Assembly (NCBI GenBank): GCA_024679065.1
Contig: JAGIQG010000004.1
Coordinates: 57,660,001-57,724,000, forward strand
Direction of reading: 5' to 3'
Source: Sphyrna mokarran
Lineage: Eukaryota
DNA: 64,000 nucleotides
The first letter of the stretch is position 1. Each line of letters starts with the position of its first letter. Below are positions 24,811-38,079 of this stretch, in pieces. The translations under genes and the position numbers were made by a program. Under the pieces are notes generated by a model that was not told the origin of the DNA, searched no databases, and saw only the letters and a program-made list of their open reading frames with translations.

Positions 24811-27044
24811 AGAAGGTATTGGCATGGGTTTTGCCCTTCAGCATTATCTTTTGAATCCTGGTGGCAGGTTCATGAGTAGATATTGATTGGGGGTGGAACA
24901 GACTCTGATGTCCTTCACAGCCAAGCACCTTGCTAATATATACTCATACTGAATGATTTCCACTTGGACAAGAGATGGATGATGTGCCAGAGGAACTGCA
25001 CTCCAGCAAGGAGCAATGTCTTTGGATAAGTGGAAGTATTTAGTTTCTCATCGTGTTTAATCAGCTCACATCACTTGAATGAAGAAGGTGATTTGATGAT
25101 TATTGGCAACATCCAGTGGGATCTCCCTTGTGTCACAATTCTGTTTTCATAAAACTCTTAACTTGCCAGGCTGCTTCCTTTTAATAAAGCTGCCTCTTTT
25201 AAACTTGTAATGTGCAATTTGATTTCAATGCTGGGCAGCAACTGATGATGGGCAATCTGTTCTTCATAGTTTTCCATTTCATCTGAAGCCACTGTTGCCC
25301 ATTATGTACTGAGTCTCACCTCTTAGGAAACAGCCCATGAAATCAAACAAGGTATCGAAAGATGATCTCACTTGAGAAACAATTACCTGGTTCACGTAGG
25401 ATAAAACCCACATTTACACCACATTTACCCAGGAAAAAAGCAATAAACAGCATAAATTTCAGTAAGTGAAAAGAAACCTCAGAATAGTTGAATGTTAGGA
25501 TGAATAAGAATGAAGAAATATGACAATTCCAATGCTTCAGCTACGGAATGGCTACTTTACAGGTAGATATGTCAATTTATTCCTGTCAGTTTGGCGTATT
25601 GCCAATCTCTAAAAGCACGATTCAATTATTATTTAAAGCTCAATCTGATGGCACAGAATAAAACGCTGCTGCATTTAATCATGGCTTTCAAAAGAGACCT
25701 AATAATTATCTGAAGAGGATAAGTTAGAGCTGAGGGAAAAGGCAGGCAAGTGGCACCAGGTGAGTTGCTTTTGCAGTGAGCCAGCACATATGCGATAGAC
25801 CACATGTACACTATTTCCAATTGTCCAGCTAGCGTGAAAATGAGCAAGTTGCAGATCTGTTTTTTGGACTAGTTTTTACTCCCAATCTTATGCACTAGTG
25901 CTTGAGAAAAAGGGGCTAGACTGCTTCTAGCTACCAAAGGCAATAGGTGGGGCTAAACTTGCCAACTAGCCTGATCAATCAGCAGAGGGAGCTATTGCAC
26001 ATGTGCAGACCTCTGTGTTTGCACATGCACAATTCCAATGGCAGGAGCCTGACGGAGCGAGATCTGTCAGGCTTCTGCTGCCACAGCTGGCTTCATCACA
26101 GCCCTCCCAGTCTCAGTAGTTGTGCGACCAGTTGCAACCCTACATTGTTTGAAAGTATAGCCTCCACAATATCCAGATGGATCGCGCCACCTCCAACAGA
26201 TCACTGACAGTACAGCAGTGGGCCTATCTTCTCCTCCCTCCATTTCGCCCCTCCCCCCACTGATTGCAGGCAGAGCAGCGGTGTGTCCCATCCCTACCCA
26301 GCCTCACCTACCCCTTCCAGCTCCCCCCTCAGGTTCTGCCACCTAGTGGACAATGTCAAGGTGCCAGGCTAGCATTACCCACGGGACACCCCGCCTGCAC
26401 TCAGCCTCTCTGGGGGACCTCGATGGCCTCCGGTTCTTCCGGCAAGGGGAACACGACTGTTCCCTGCTGCTGGTGAGCAGGTTTTTCCTCACTGGAGAAA
26501 ACTTCTCCTGGTGAGACCACAAAGGCAAGTAAGCTCAGATGATTGAGCACCGGGCTCGCTAAAAAGATATAAATGCTGCTTTGAATAAAATTAAATATTA
26601 TATTCAGCCTGTCACTGGAACTATGTGAGAGGCTAATTGCCCCAGAAGTCTGGTGCTTGTAAGATCATGAGATCAGGCACAATCCTGATTTTTCAACTCT
26701 CGCACAATTTTACTAGTTCAACCTACTCATTGATGGGTGGGGTAAGCCGGTAAAATTGTGGCCAGAGAATGCTGTAAGAAGGGAGTTCAGGTCCTAGAAA
26801 ACTAAAAACACCAGTAGTCAGAATATAATCTGTCCACTTAAAAAAACGTTTCAATTGTTAACATATCAAACTAATCTGATTACATTTGCAAGTAGCATTA
26901 TATTAAGACCATTAATATCTAACTATTCATAATATATTAAAATGTTTGAATATAATGTGTATTTCTTTTTTTCCATATGTTTGGTACAACTCTTTTGTTA
27001 TAGAACCCTGTTAATTGATTCAAAGTAAAAGAACAGAACAGAAA

Positions 27045-27262
27045 GGTAAAGTTACCATTGTTCCAGATGACCAGAGGCTACTAATCCCTTTGAGGGCAGA
27101 GCTGATTGATGGTGATTTAACCTGACGGTCACCATACCTCAAGCTAGGGGCAAGGTTGAGAAGGTGAGCCTTGATGAATAACCTCAGCAGATACCAAAAT
27201 TGAACGCATGCTATAGGCTTTGCTCTGCATCACTCACCAGCCATCCAGCCAACTGAGCTAAA
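27045..27262 (-). mobile_element. tRNA-derived SINE (third family)
   Basis: Minus-strand head ttagctcagttggctggatggctgg; related copy at about 36245-36395. Confidence 0.55.
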
Positions 27263-27754
27263 TTGACTATATGGTTTGCAGTGGAAACACTGCCAAGCAG
27301 AAAATGCAGGATTTTCCAGCCGCGTCAGAGCAGATTCCACCTCGGAGAAGCAGTAGTCCAGCCAAAAGTCCATTGATGTTCGGCAGGAACAGACGATCTC
27401 AGAGGTGCGCAGGTCCAGAAAATCCCATCCTAACAAAACCACTAGTTCTGAACGGCCACTTGGGCGAATCTACTTGATCAACTAAAAGGTTGAAGCTGTT
27501 GAATTGTTCAAAACACCTTTAAAAAAAATGTGGCTGCCTTCTTTCCCAGTAACTGAAATTTCTAATGTCCAAAATAACATCTTAGAAAACCGAAACTTCA
27601 AAAAGAACTACATGTCTTAAAGTATGATAAAATGGATTATCATTTCTTGTCCTTTCTTGACTTCTTTAAAGTTTCAACAAAGAGAAATGTCAGTATCAGC
27701 TCGAATAAAAAATTGGCTTAAGGACAGAAAACAGTGAGCTGTAGTAAAGACAAG

Positions 27755-27960
27755 AATAAAATAGCACGAATGCTGGAATCTGAAACAAAAACAGAAAATG
27801 CTGGAAAATCTCAGCGAATCCGACAGCATCTGTGGGGAGAGAATAGAACCAACATTTTGAGTCTAGATGATCTTTCAGATGAAGAGACATCTAGACTCAA
27901 AATGTTGACTCTATTTTCTCACCATAAATGCTGTCAGACCTGCTGAAATTTTCTGTTTTT
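27755..27960. mobile_element. Penelope-like fold-back element (second family) inserted in a CR1 remnant
   Basis: aaaacagaaaatgctgg..gacagcatctgtgg..aacattttgagtctagatg / catctagactcaaaatgtt..atgctgtcag..ttttctgtttt; degenerate hammerhead core. Confidence 0.65.
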
Positions 27961-29194
27961 GAGTCATGGTAAAGATTGTTTTTCAGAGTGCAGTGATAAA
28001 CAATGATGTTCTTCAAGGTTCAATGTTAGGACCACTTCTTTTAAATTCATTTTAATGGGATGTGGGCCAACACTTATTACCCTTCCCTAACTGCCTTCCA
28101 TTTCAGAGAGCATTTAACAGTCAACTGCTATGGATCTGGAGTCACGGCCACACCATTTCTTTCACTAAACAACGTCAGTGAACTAGATTGGGTTTTTAAC
28201 GACAATTGACAATGGTTTCATAGTCATCATTAGATTTTTAATTTCAGATTTTTTTATGGAATTCTGATTTCACCACCTGCAGGATTTGCAGTCAGGTCCC
28301 CAGATCTTGCTCTGGGTCTCAGATTACTTGTTCAGTAATGCATGTACATGACTTGGATGCTGAAATACTGGGAAAAATTCCAAAATTTGCTCATGATACC
28401 AAACTTACAGATGTGGCAGACAGTGAAGATACCAGTCAACTGCAACCAGGACCTAATCGAGCAAAATGGGCAGACATGTGGTGATGGAATTTAATGCAGG
28501 ACATGTGAGATGTTGGATTTTGGCAGAAAGGATAGAAAGAGGTGATATAGATTTACAAGATTACAACAGGCTTAGATAAGATAGACAAAAAAAAATTAGC
28601 TGAAGGCAGGAACAAGGATGACACAGACTGAAGATTTAGTGCAAGTGGTGAACTTCATGAGAACCATGTGGGAGACCAAAGATAGGGATATCAGCATGGG
28701 AATGGAATAACAAATGATCATGCTGAGGTGTATGAGGAAAAACCGTTTCATGCAGCAAGTGGTAATGAACTGAAACTCTGCACCAAGGGCATGGGGCTGT
28801 TGAGATGATGAGTGGGAATGGAACTAACTGGTTTGCTTAACAGAGAACTGCCTCCTTCCCTGTTGCAAATGGCCCCTGTGCATAAAGATTAAAATAATTT
28901 ACAGTTGCCAGCACAGGTTTCAAAAGGGATGGTCTTACTTATTTTCTCAAAAAATTCAATGAGGTTTCTTATCAGATGAAGGAAATGCTTTGGATTGAAT
29001 GTTTGTGGCCTTTAGAAATATCTTTGACATTGAAGACTAGGAAAAGATGAAGTGACATGGAATTATGGAGAGAATATGGATGCAAATTGGTTGAAAATCA
29101 GAAAGCAGAGGGTAGGATTGAGGGCATTTTTTCAGAGCTGGTAATCGTGTCTGCCATGGTTCAGTTGTGGAGCAATGATGTTTTCTGCATCAAC

Positions 29195-29725
29195 TACGAG
29201 GTCATCCAGAACTCTTCTGCTTGTGTCCTAACTCACACCAAGACCCATTTCCCAATCACCTCTGTACTCATCAACCTATAACTAGCTCCTGGTCAGGCAA
29301 CCCCTTGTTTTGAAATTCTCGTCCTTGTTTTCAAATCCCATCATAAGCTTGACCCTCTCCCTATCTCTGCAATCTCCTCCAGCCCTAGAACCCTCTGAAA
29401 TATCTGCATTCATCTGATTCTGGCATCTGGAGCATCCCCAATTTTAATCACTCCAACACAGGAGGATATGCCTTCAATTGCCAAGACCCTAAGCTCTGAA
29501 ATTCCCCTCCCCCCACACCAAACCGCAACCCTACCTACCCTGCCCACCAAACCTCCCCAATACTCTATCTCTCTTTCCTTCTTGAAGACACTCCTTGAAA
29601 CCAACTTCCTTGACCATGCTTTCAGCCATCTTGCCCAATATCTTCTCTTTTTGCTTACTGTTTAATTCTGTGTAATAACATTACTATGAGGCACCTGGGG
29701 ATTTTTTACTGTGTTAAAAGAACTT
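29195..29725 (+). mobile_element. L2 LINE 3' fragment
   Basis: IQNSSACVLTHTK..PITSVL, followed by gccttcaattgcc..ctctgaaattccctc, typical of L2 C-termini. Confidence 0.7.
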
Positions 29726-29954
29726 TAGAATTCAAAGTCATTTGTCAGTCAAGAGCTGTGGATACAGACACAAGGACAGGAGCATTTAAATTTTCATTAA
29801 ATTAGCAGTCTAGTCAATTATTTAGAAAACCTAAACAGGCTGCAAAGGGATACAGATAGGATGGGAGAATGAATTAAAAACTAGCATATGTTATCTATGT
29901 TTCACCATTATAAAGGAGTGGGCTAAGGAGACTTGGTAAACTCAGTTTGATATT

Positions 29955-30600
29955 CTCAGTCAGGTTGCTGTTGTTCCACACTCTCTTACTCAGTTTGGAC
30001 ACAACGCATGCAGTTTTTGTGATGTGTGTTTATTTCAGCATCAAGTGACTGACTGTTGGTGGTTGTGGAGCCCAGATGTGTGAAAAGATCAACAGCCTCC
30101 TGTGTCACATTGTCAATGCTGAGAGACGGTGATATGGTAATATCCTGGACCATGACATCTGTCTTCCTGATGAAGAAGGTCAAACCAAACCCTTTACAGA
30201 TGTGAGAGAGAATCTATCCATTTGCTCCTCCACACAGAATATTAGTGCAGCATTGTCAGTGTGCAGCAACTCTCTGATGAAATTCGGTGCAATGTTGTCT
30301 TAGATCCCAGCTTGACAAGATTGAACTGCTTTCTGTCAGTTCTGGAATGTACATAAACCCCTCTGTGAATGGCCTGAAGGCTTATGACAGCAGCAAAAAG
30401 AAGAGTGCCAAAAAGTGTCAGTGCCAGAACACAACCTGGTTTGTCCCCACAACAGGTCTCAAGAGCATCCAATGTTGCTCTGACCTTACCCACCATGTTG
30501 TCCTGGAAAGGGGAGATCATATTGAGCAACTTCAATGGCAGTTAATGTTCTCCAGCAGCTTAGATAGACCTCCTCATTGTCAAATGCCTTGGTGAGATTG
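29955..30600 (-). mobile_element. RTE-clade LINE RT remnant
   Basis: KPGCVLALTLF (cf. KQGCVLAPTLF) and VDLFTHLGSTTTNSQSLDAEIN (cf. FTYLGS..LDxEI). Confidence 0.75.
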
Positions 30601-31689
30601 CCAATATTTAATGGTCCAATGAATCAAAGGCAAATTAACATTTTTATTTCCTCAAAGAGCTTTTTGAGGCCCAAGAATGTTTCTCTGGAGAAATTCTACT
30701 TTCCCTGTTGTGGTCTTTCCTCTCCCATTCCCAACTTTGATATTGTAACATCCCCTTGCCAAACTCAGTCAGCATTTAACCTTTAAAGCAAAACCTTTCC
30801 TATAGTTCCTTGGGTGGTTTCTGTGTCCTTCCCAATTCCTGGTCTTGACCATTGACCTTGACCTCATTCTCCCAGGCTGAGACCAGGAGATGGAATGTAG
30901 ACCTAGACCACTCCAGTCACACTCTATCAGCCAATACAATGCATTATCTGTATACTCTCATTGTTTCTGTAAGTACTGCATGACAAACTTTACTTCGTCA
31001 AACATATAGATATGTACTTTTTGTCACAAGAAAGAAATCAAAAGAAAATGACAAGCTGTTCATTTTTTTAAGGAATTGTGTGCATGATAAGTCTGACATC
31101 TTGTGCTATTTATGTGTTAATTCATGGATATTATATATTCAGTAACAAGTCGATGAACCCATTCTCAAACAGTCACTGGGGAGATTTGTCAGATGTGTTG
31201 AAGCGTCTGAGATCAGAGATGTCAGTGAAAGTTGGTGTTTGGGGAATTAGGATATTTAATTTCAGCACTCCAGGTTAAGTATTGCCTCTTTCTTCAGCTA
31301 CTTTTGAAATATTATTCTACCTGAGTGCATACTCCCACTCCAATCTATCCCATCCCAACGTTGTACTGTTTCCCATAAGGAGAAGATGGTGTATTTTCTA
31401 AATCGAATTCAGGAGAATGTGCTCCCCACGTGGCTCAGTGGGTCAAGTCTCCACACAGCTTGTCCCCATCTTAACCCTAGTTTTTCTCGACCCTGAATGC
31501 ACTGGGGATTGACCTCTGTGGCCAGGAGTTGAGGGACTGGAATGAGCAACTAATTAATACCAGAGATTTCAATCGAAGAATCTGTGAAATTTTCTCTGAG
31601 TTAGTGGTTGAAGCAGAAGGGACGGGAATTTACTCTAACCCGCTCCCATTCCACATCGCTTCATAAGGCATGAAGTGGATGAAAACAAA

Positions 31690-32245
31690 AAACTTGCATT
31701 TCCTCATCATCTGTCACTACTCAGGATATTGCAAAGTACTTCACATGTACTTTTTAAGCCATATCACTATTCCAACACAAGAAAAGTAGCAGTCAATTTG
31801 TTCAAGAAACCCCTATAAACAACAAGATGGATAAGGACTGGATTATCGGCTAAAATTTTCCAGCTGTTCCTACTGGCAGAATCACTTTATCCTGCCAATG
31901 ATGCATTCCCACCACAGAAACCCCACTGACAGCAGCGGGACCAGAAAATCCTGCCACTGGCCATGGTAAGCCACTTCCATCACTGCGAAACATCCTGCCT
32001 TTCAGTCCTAGTAGCATTAGTAAAGGATAAACATTGGCCAGGACACCAAGCAGAACCTCTCAGCTCCTTTTTGGAATAGTGCCATGAGATCTTCCAACTG
32101 AGATAACAGTCTAATGTCTCACCTAAAGAAAGAGGTCTTTTGCTAGAGCAGCACTTCCTCAGTACTACATAGTGGAGTGTTCGCTTGATCTTGTACTCAA
32201 GTCTTTGAAGTAGGGCTTGAACACACAACCTTCTGCTGCAAGGTA
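31690..32245 (-). mobile_element. Deu-type SINE with a small MITE-like insert (about 31848-31990)
   Basis: ggataaacattggccaggacacc..gaatagtgccatg..tactcaagtct..ggcttgaacacacaaccttctg. Confidence 0.6.
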
Positions 32246-32969
32246 ACAAATAGGGATGGAATAAAAAGCAGTTTCTTGGTTGCTGGTATGAGGAATCCAG
32301 CTAGCCACTTTATCTGCTGGTGATTCCTTAAGTAAATCTCTCACCTGGAATTTATGCTGCTTTAACAATTCCATTTATTGTCCTTCCAACTTAATCTGGA
32401 AACAAGTTGATTGTCTGCCATTGACCTCCCTCTCTCTGCACAGATACATGCCTGAACCCTGCATTTCCTTGTTTCTATTTCAATGATTGGTAATCACTTC
32501 CCTGTAATCAAAATGAGTGTGTCATCTCTCGGCATCATTGCAATGGAAAAGCCATTGTTTCCTCAGCTCTGAGCTCAGATGATGTTGAATGGCAGGCAAG
32601 TCTGTCAGAGCTTTGTGAATTATAACAAATTGTGTCACCTTGCCCTCAATAGAACCAGCCTGTGCTTGAAGTGGGAGTCAATTTAAAACCAATCTACAGA
32701 AACAATAATCAGCCTGACTTTAGCAGTGAGTGAGTGTGTTAAAACTGGGTCCAATATTTCACTGAACTAGTTGTCAACCGCCTCCATCAGAGAAGTTGCC
32801 TTTGCTGATCCATTTTAATGCAAATTAGATCTATTTCTTTCAGAAAATATTTTTGGGATATAGTTCATGTGACATTTGGTGAATAAGGAGTTAGCAAAGG
32901 TTTTAAACTAATAAGATGGGGAGAGGGATCCAAAAAAAAAGCATGAATACTCCAAATGTCAACATTATG

Positions 32970-33245
32970 GGCAGGTGGTAGTGTAGTGGTATTGTCACTG
33001 GACTAGTAATCCAGGACAAGATCTGGGAGCCTGCATTCAAATCCTACAATAGCAATTGGTGAAACTTGAATTCATTAAAAATCTATTGACTATGAAAGAT
33101 TGTCATAATGCCCTTTAACAAAGAAAATCTGTCATCCTTAAATGTGATTCTAGACCCACAGCAATGTGGATGACTCTTAAATGGAGTCTGAAATGGAGAG
33201 CAGTTATGGATAGGCCAGTGAAGCCTACATCCCATGAATCAAAAG
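32970..33245 (+). mobile_element. tRNA-derived SINE (same family as 4420)
   Basis: gtgtagtggtattgtcactggactagtaatcc..ttcaaatcc..gacccacagcaatgtgg. Confidence 0.7.
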
Positions 33246-34797
33246 AGGTCATTGAACATAAGAAGTTGGGGAGGAACTAGAATGGTGTCTCAAATGATGG
33301 TTAATCTGAAGTAAGAGGAAATCCTGTTCAAAATTGGTGAAAATGTCTTTACAGTAATGCCCACAGGTGCTGGAAGCATTCACTTGGGAGAAACTAGACA
33401 TAGTCAGGATTGCTGAGATTGCATTTTGGACGTGTTCCCAAAGTCCCACAGCTGGGTTTTCATCTCATGGCTAGGTTTGGTGTCAACACATCGATAGGAA
33501 TTGCTTGCTATGATTAGACAAAAGCTCCATTACTATCAGGATGGTAGAAAGAACTCCATGACCACCAGGATGGTAAAAAGTGATCTGGATGAACAATGGA
33601 GTTTTTTTTTCATTGAGCAATTCCTACATCCTTCACATAACAATTAAATATTGGAATCTTGCAAAGAAGTTAATTGTCCAGGGGCTTTGTTGTTTGCTTT
33701 GGTGCTGTCCATTTATGAGCACTGACGTATCTTCTAGCTATCTTCTTCCATTTGAACTCAGGGCATATCATCCCATGGTATTGGAAAACTGAGCCACATC
33801 ATTGCTTCAGTTTATGATTCCCACTGTGTCCCAGAATCAAGATTGACAGGAGTCATTTTGCATCTGACAATGTCTATTATTAGGTACTGTGTTTCCCCTC
33901 TAATCAGAGCTATGCATTGAGTGACATTGCTTAAACCACAAGTGGCCCAAGCCTGCAACTCCCAAACCACCTCCAATTAAACTCCAGGGGCTATAGTCAG
34001 GTCAGAAATGTATCATTGTTCACTGCCACTGTGAACAGCAGTCTGACTGCCTCAAGGAGGTCTGTACACAAAGTGGAAGAAGCACTGGAGCAACAAATCA
34101 CATGGCAATCATGAAAATTCACATGATCTGTCATGAGGCATCAGACCACACTACATCACTCACCCTAATTATAACTGCTTCTTTCACACTGAGTCTACAT
34201 TCACTCACATTTCAGTGAAATTCAAGTGACAATACTTTTTGAGGAAGAGGATTGATAAAAAATAAAATTGGATGCTGGATTAAGTTTGTTCCCTTACGGA
34301 AAGGTGAATGAGCCAATGAATAGCTTTCATATACAATATCAGGCATACAGTGGCTTCACTGAACGCCTTCTCAAAATTCATTCATTTTGAACTGCATTGG
34401 CCTGTGTTATATGAGATAAAAATGGTCAGCCACTTCCAGTTCAACACTCAGAAGTTCAAATAGTGATGGGTTGAATGTACAGGTAATGGCCAGGATTTCC
34501 CTGACCCCCAGTCCATCCAGCCCAGACCCCTGCAGCACGTTTTCCCATGGTGGATTCAGCGAGCCACTTGGCTGCTAGCAGGATTATCTAGTCCTGCCAA
34601 AGTCTACTGGCTTTTGTGCAGCTCACCCGGCACAATAGACTGACTTCAGTGAAACTGGAAGATGCCTCTGGAAAATCCCAATAACGGCTGAAAATTTCCA
34701 GCCATTCCCACCAGTGGGACATTCTGGTCCCTGCTATGGATTCCTCGATGACAGAGGGTGTGAATAATGGGCAAACCCATTAACAGCCTCCACCATG

Positions 34798-34798
<1 letters not shown>

Positions 34799-34834
<36 letters not shown>
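34799..34834. repeat. (TG)18 microsatellite
   Basis: Perfect TG run. Confidence 0.95.
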
Positions 34835-34835
<1 letters not shown>

Positions 34836-35331
34836 TGAGCAGAAAATTTTTTGGTCATGTTATTTGAGACAATAGTGCCAATGAAAGTAGAGCTTTTCTT
34901 CAATTTAAATAGAATGTTTTGGAGGGCTGGATCATAAAGGATATAGAGGATATTTTGCTGCAGAGATTAGATTATGAGGAGAGACTACACAAACTAGATT
35001 TGTATTCAGAGATCAATCAATTTTATGAACCAAAGATATGAAAGGGTATGAGCCAAAATGGGTGGATCATCCACGATCTCATTGAATATCAGAATCGACT
35101 AGAGGACCTGAGTTACCCACACCCTTTGCCTCTCAGGTCTAAAAGTGAGGGTACCCTGACAGTGCAGCATTCACTTTTTACTATGTTGCAGCATTGACCT
35201 AGAAATGCTGTGGTTCTATTCCAATTCAGTTGGAGAACATTCCCAAAACCAGCAGCATCGGTAAAGCTGGTGTGAAAAATTGGAAATGCCAGCGAAATTT
35301 GTTGTAGGATGTAATCGAGGAGATGGAGTTA

Positions 35332-35637
35332 GAGTCATAGGAACCTTACAGTGCAGAAGGAGGCCATTCAGCCCATCTCGTCTGCATCGACCACAATCCT
35401 ACATAGGCTCTATCCCCATATCCCTACATACTTTACCCACTAATCTCTTTAACCTACACATATCAGGACATTAAGGCCGATCAACCTAACCTGCACATCT
35501 TTGGACTGAAGAAGGAAATCGGAACACACGGAGAATGTGCGAACTCCACACAGACAGTGACCCAAGCCAGGAATCGAACCAGGTCTCTGGAGCTGTGAAG
35601 CAGCAGTGCTAAACACTGTGCTACTGTGCCACCCATG
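35332..35637 (-). mobile_element. HE1-type V-SINE
   Basis: actccacacagacagtgacccaagccaggaatcgaacc..gcagcagtgctaaacactgtgc. Confidence 0.85.
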
Positions 35638-37918
35638 GAGATGGAGTTAGAAATAGACTGAGACAATTTATGGGGCAGAATCTTGAGCCCAGTCTCTCAG
35701 TGAGCAAGATCACCAGTGAAGGTGCAAAATCCTGAGAAAGCTGGGAACTGCAAATTTCACAGGCGAAATTGTGAATTTCTGATTCCACCCCTCTCTCCCC
35801 CACCACCGCTGACATAATCAGGTTCACAACCATAATAGATTTTAATAAATTTTACATCTCATCATCTTGTCCTTTCACTACATCATTTTATATCTCACCA
35901 ATGTAAAATGTAAGCTTGTGGAGAGGATCCCTCCTGAGGCACAAAGGTAAGTATGCCCTTCCCCCAGGTAGAGGGATATGGCCAGCCAGTGCCTTGACAA
36001 TGTGTCCTGGTACAGACCCTGACACAGTTTGGCACTCAGAGAATTAGTCTGAGCCTCTTGATTACTAGAGCAATGATATTACTACTGCACCACTGTCTGA
36101 TGTTCACAATGATGCTCTGGGCTCATCCCCAGAAGGATGACGTTAATCATCTTCTAAAAAGTAAAAAAGTTTATTTATTAGTCACAAGTAAGGCTTACGT
36201 TAACACTGCAATGAATTTACTGTGAAATTCTCCTCCTCCAGGTGGCATCCTCCACTATTTGAGGCTTAGCTGGTGATTTTCCTATGAGTCAGGACAAGAG
36301 GCAGATCCCAAGTCTACCTCAACCGGAACAGATATTGAACCCATGCTGTTGGTATTATCCCGAACTCTAGCCATTTAACCAACTAACTGGCTCCCTCTTA
36401 ATCACTTGAACACCCCAATTAGATCACTCCCCTTTGCTGAAGGATATGCAATCCTAGTCTGCACAATCATGCCTCATAATTTAATCCTTTTTAGCTCCAG
36501 TACCATCTTGGTAAATTGTTACTTAATCTTGGAATGAGTATATGACATTTGTCAAAATTCAAAGTCCTACAACAGTTGTTCATCCTCAACAAAACTTGGA
36601 TTTGTATAATTCCATTAAGATAGTAAAATATCTCAAGATGCTTCATAGGAGCACTGCCAAACTTGACATTAAGCCATGTTAGGAAATATTAGGACAAGTG
36701 ATCCAAAATGAGGTCAATGCTATAAGTCTTAAGAATTGTCTTAAAGGAGAGGAGAAAGGTTAAAAAGGTTTAGGAAGGAAATTTGGGGCCTTTGGTTGCT
36801 GAAGGCAAGACTATCAACAATGGAATTTTAAAATCCAGAGTACAGAAGAAGCCAGAATTGGATGAACAGTTATCTTGTTAGATTATAGGACTGGACACAG
36901 GGATAGGGAGTGGTGAGATTATGGAGGCATTTAAAATGAGGAGGAGAACTTTTAAAACGAAACATTGCTAGACCAGGAATCATAAAGATCGGCAAGCACT
37001 GATAGTGATTGGTGCAAGCTTGGATATATACAATATGAATATGTTTAATGACAAAAGCAATATATCACATGCATCATTTTTTAAATCGCTATCTTTCTCT
37101 TTATCTATTTCTTTTCCTTTTACTACTTCTTTATTATGGCCTCCTTGTCTTTTTAATCTTTACAGTACACTTGTCTCTGTGGTTTGAGTGTTTTATCTTG
37201 CTACAATGGGAGCAAGGCTATCTCAGCACCCAGTGCAGTGGTGAAAGATCTCTATTGAATTTGAGTGTTAATGGAGCGTGTTTGCTTTTAGAGTGCAGGC
37301 TTGGGCCAGACAGTCTTAACCTCTCCAACTGTCCGGTGAGAGAGAGCAAGTGGAGTGCCAGAATATCTGGCACAGTCCACACAGTCATGAGGCATATGAT
37401 GTCAGGAACAAATCGTTTATTGAATGTGGGAGGACTGGCGGGCCAGTTGAATGGGTATTAGCAAGCAGATCCAGGGCGACATTCTTGCTTTGATCAACAC
37501 TGCAAAATGAAACAACTGCGGCTGGTTGACAATATCCTGATTCAAATGCCTGCCATGCTTACCCTATCGTACCTTAGGAAGTCATTTGTTGTGTGAAAAG
37601 CTTTAAGATGGTACAGTGAGATCAGCTACTATATAAGTGAGAGTGCTGTGATTTATATTGACTAAGTATTGTGCCGTTCCCAGGTGCATTACATGGATGC
37701 CATTGTATCAGTGCACTGAAACAATACGTTATAGCTTCCTGACTGCCCATTGTGCTACTGACAACCCGACTGTGACTATCTCATTGACCAGATCCTGGAG
37801 GTAGAACTGATCTATGTCTCTGATACATTTACAGCCCTGAGTCTCCGGCACCTCCATCTACAATACAAACTGGCTTTTCTGAGCTCTACTCGTGTTCAGC
37901 CTTGTTTTCGTTTTGCAG

Positions 37919-38079
37919 GATGTACGACTACCACAGAGTCCCTCCACCAAGTCGGGCGGTGCCAGCTGTCAAACGCCAGCGTGTCATGGTCTCCGTCCCC
38001 CGGAGAAGCAAGGGCAGCTTCCCTGTCAAGAGTGGCCCGCGCTCCAGTGCTGCTGCAACTCCATCAGCCAGGACGAAAT
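37919..38079 (+). CDS. Internal coding exon of an hnRNP C/RALY/RALYL-family RNA-binding protein (basic, NLS-like region)
   Basis: Acceptor ttttcgttttgcag ends at 37918 and donor gtaaga starts at 38080. Translation (R)MYDYHRVPPPSRAVPAVKRQRVMVSVPRRSKGSFPVKSGPRSSAAATPSARTK resembles HNRNPC RMYSYPARVPPPP..KRQRV..RRGK and the RALY/RALYL equivalents. 161 nt, entering in phase 2 and leaving in phase 1. Confidence 0.93.

Noticed and set aside
37090-37190. Long pyrimidine tract plus ttacag as the missing upstream small exon
   Set aside because: The following sequence gives no YDFDYD-like peptide, has an early stop in the expected frame and lacks a frame-preserving donor.
1-37900. RRM-encoding exons of the host gene
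   Set aside because: No RNP1/RNP2-like peptide was found by eye or in the ORF track. They are probably upstream of the window, though a very short exon could have been missed.
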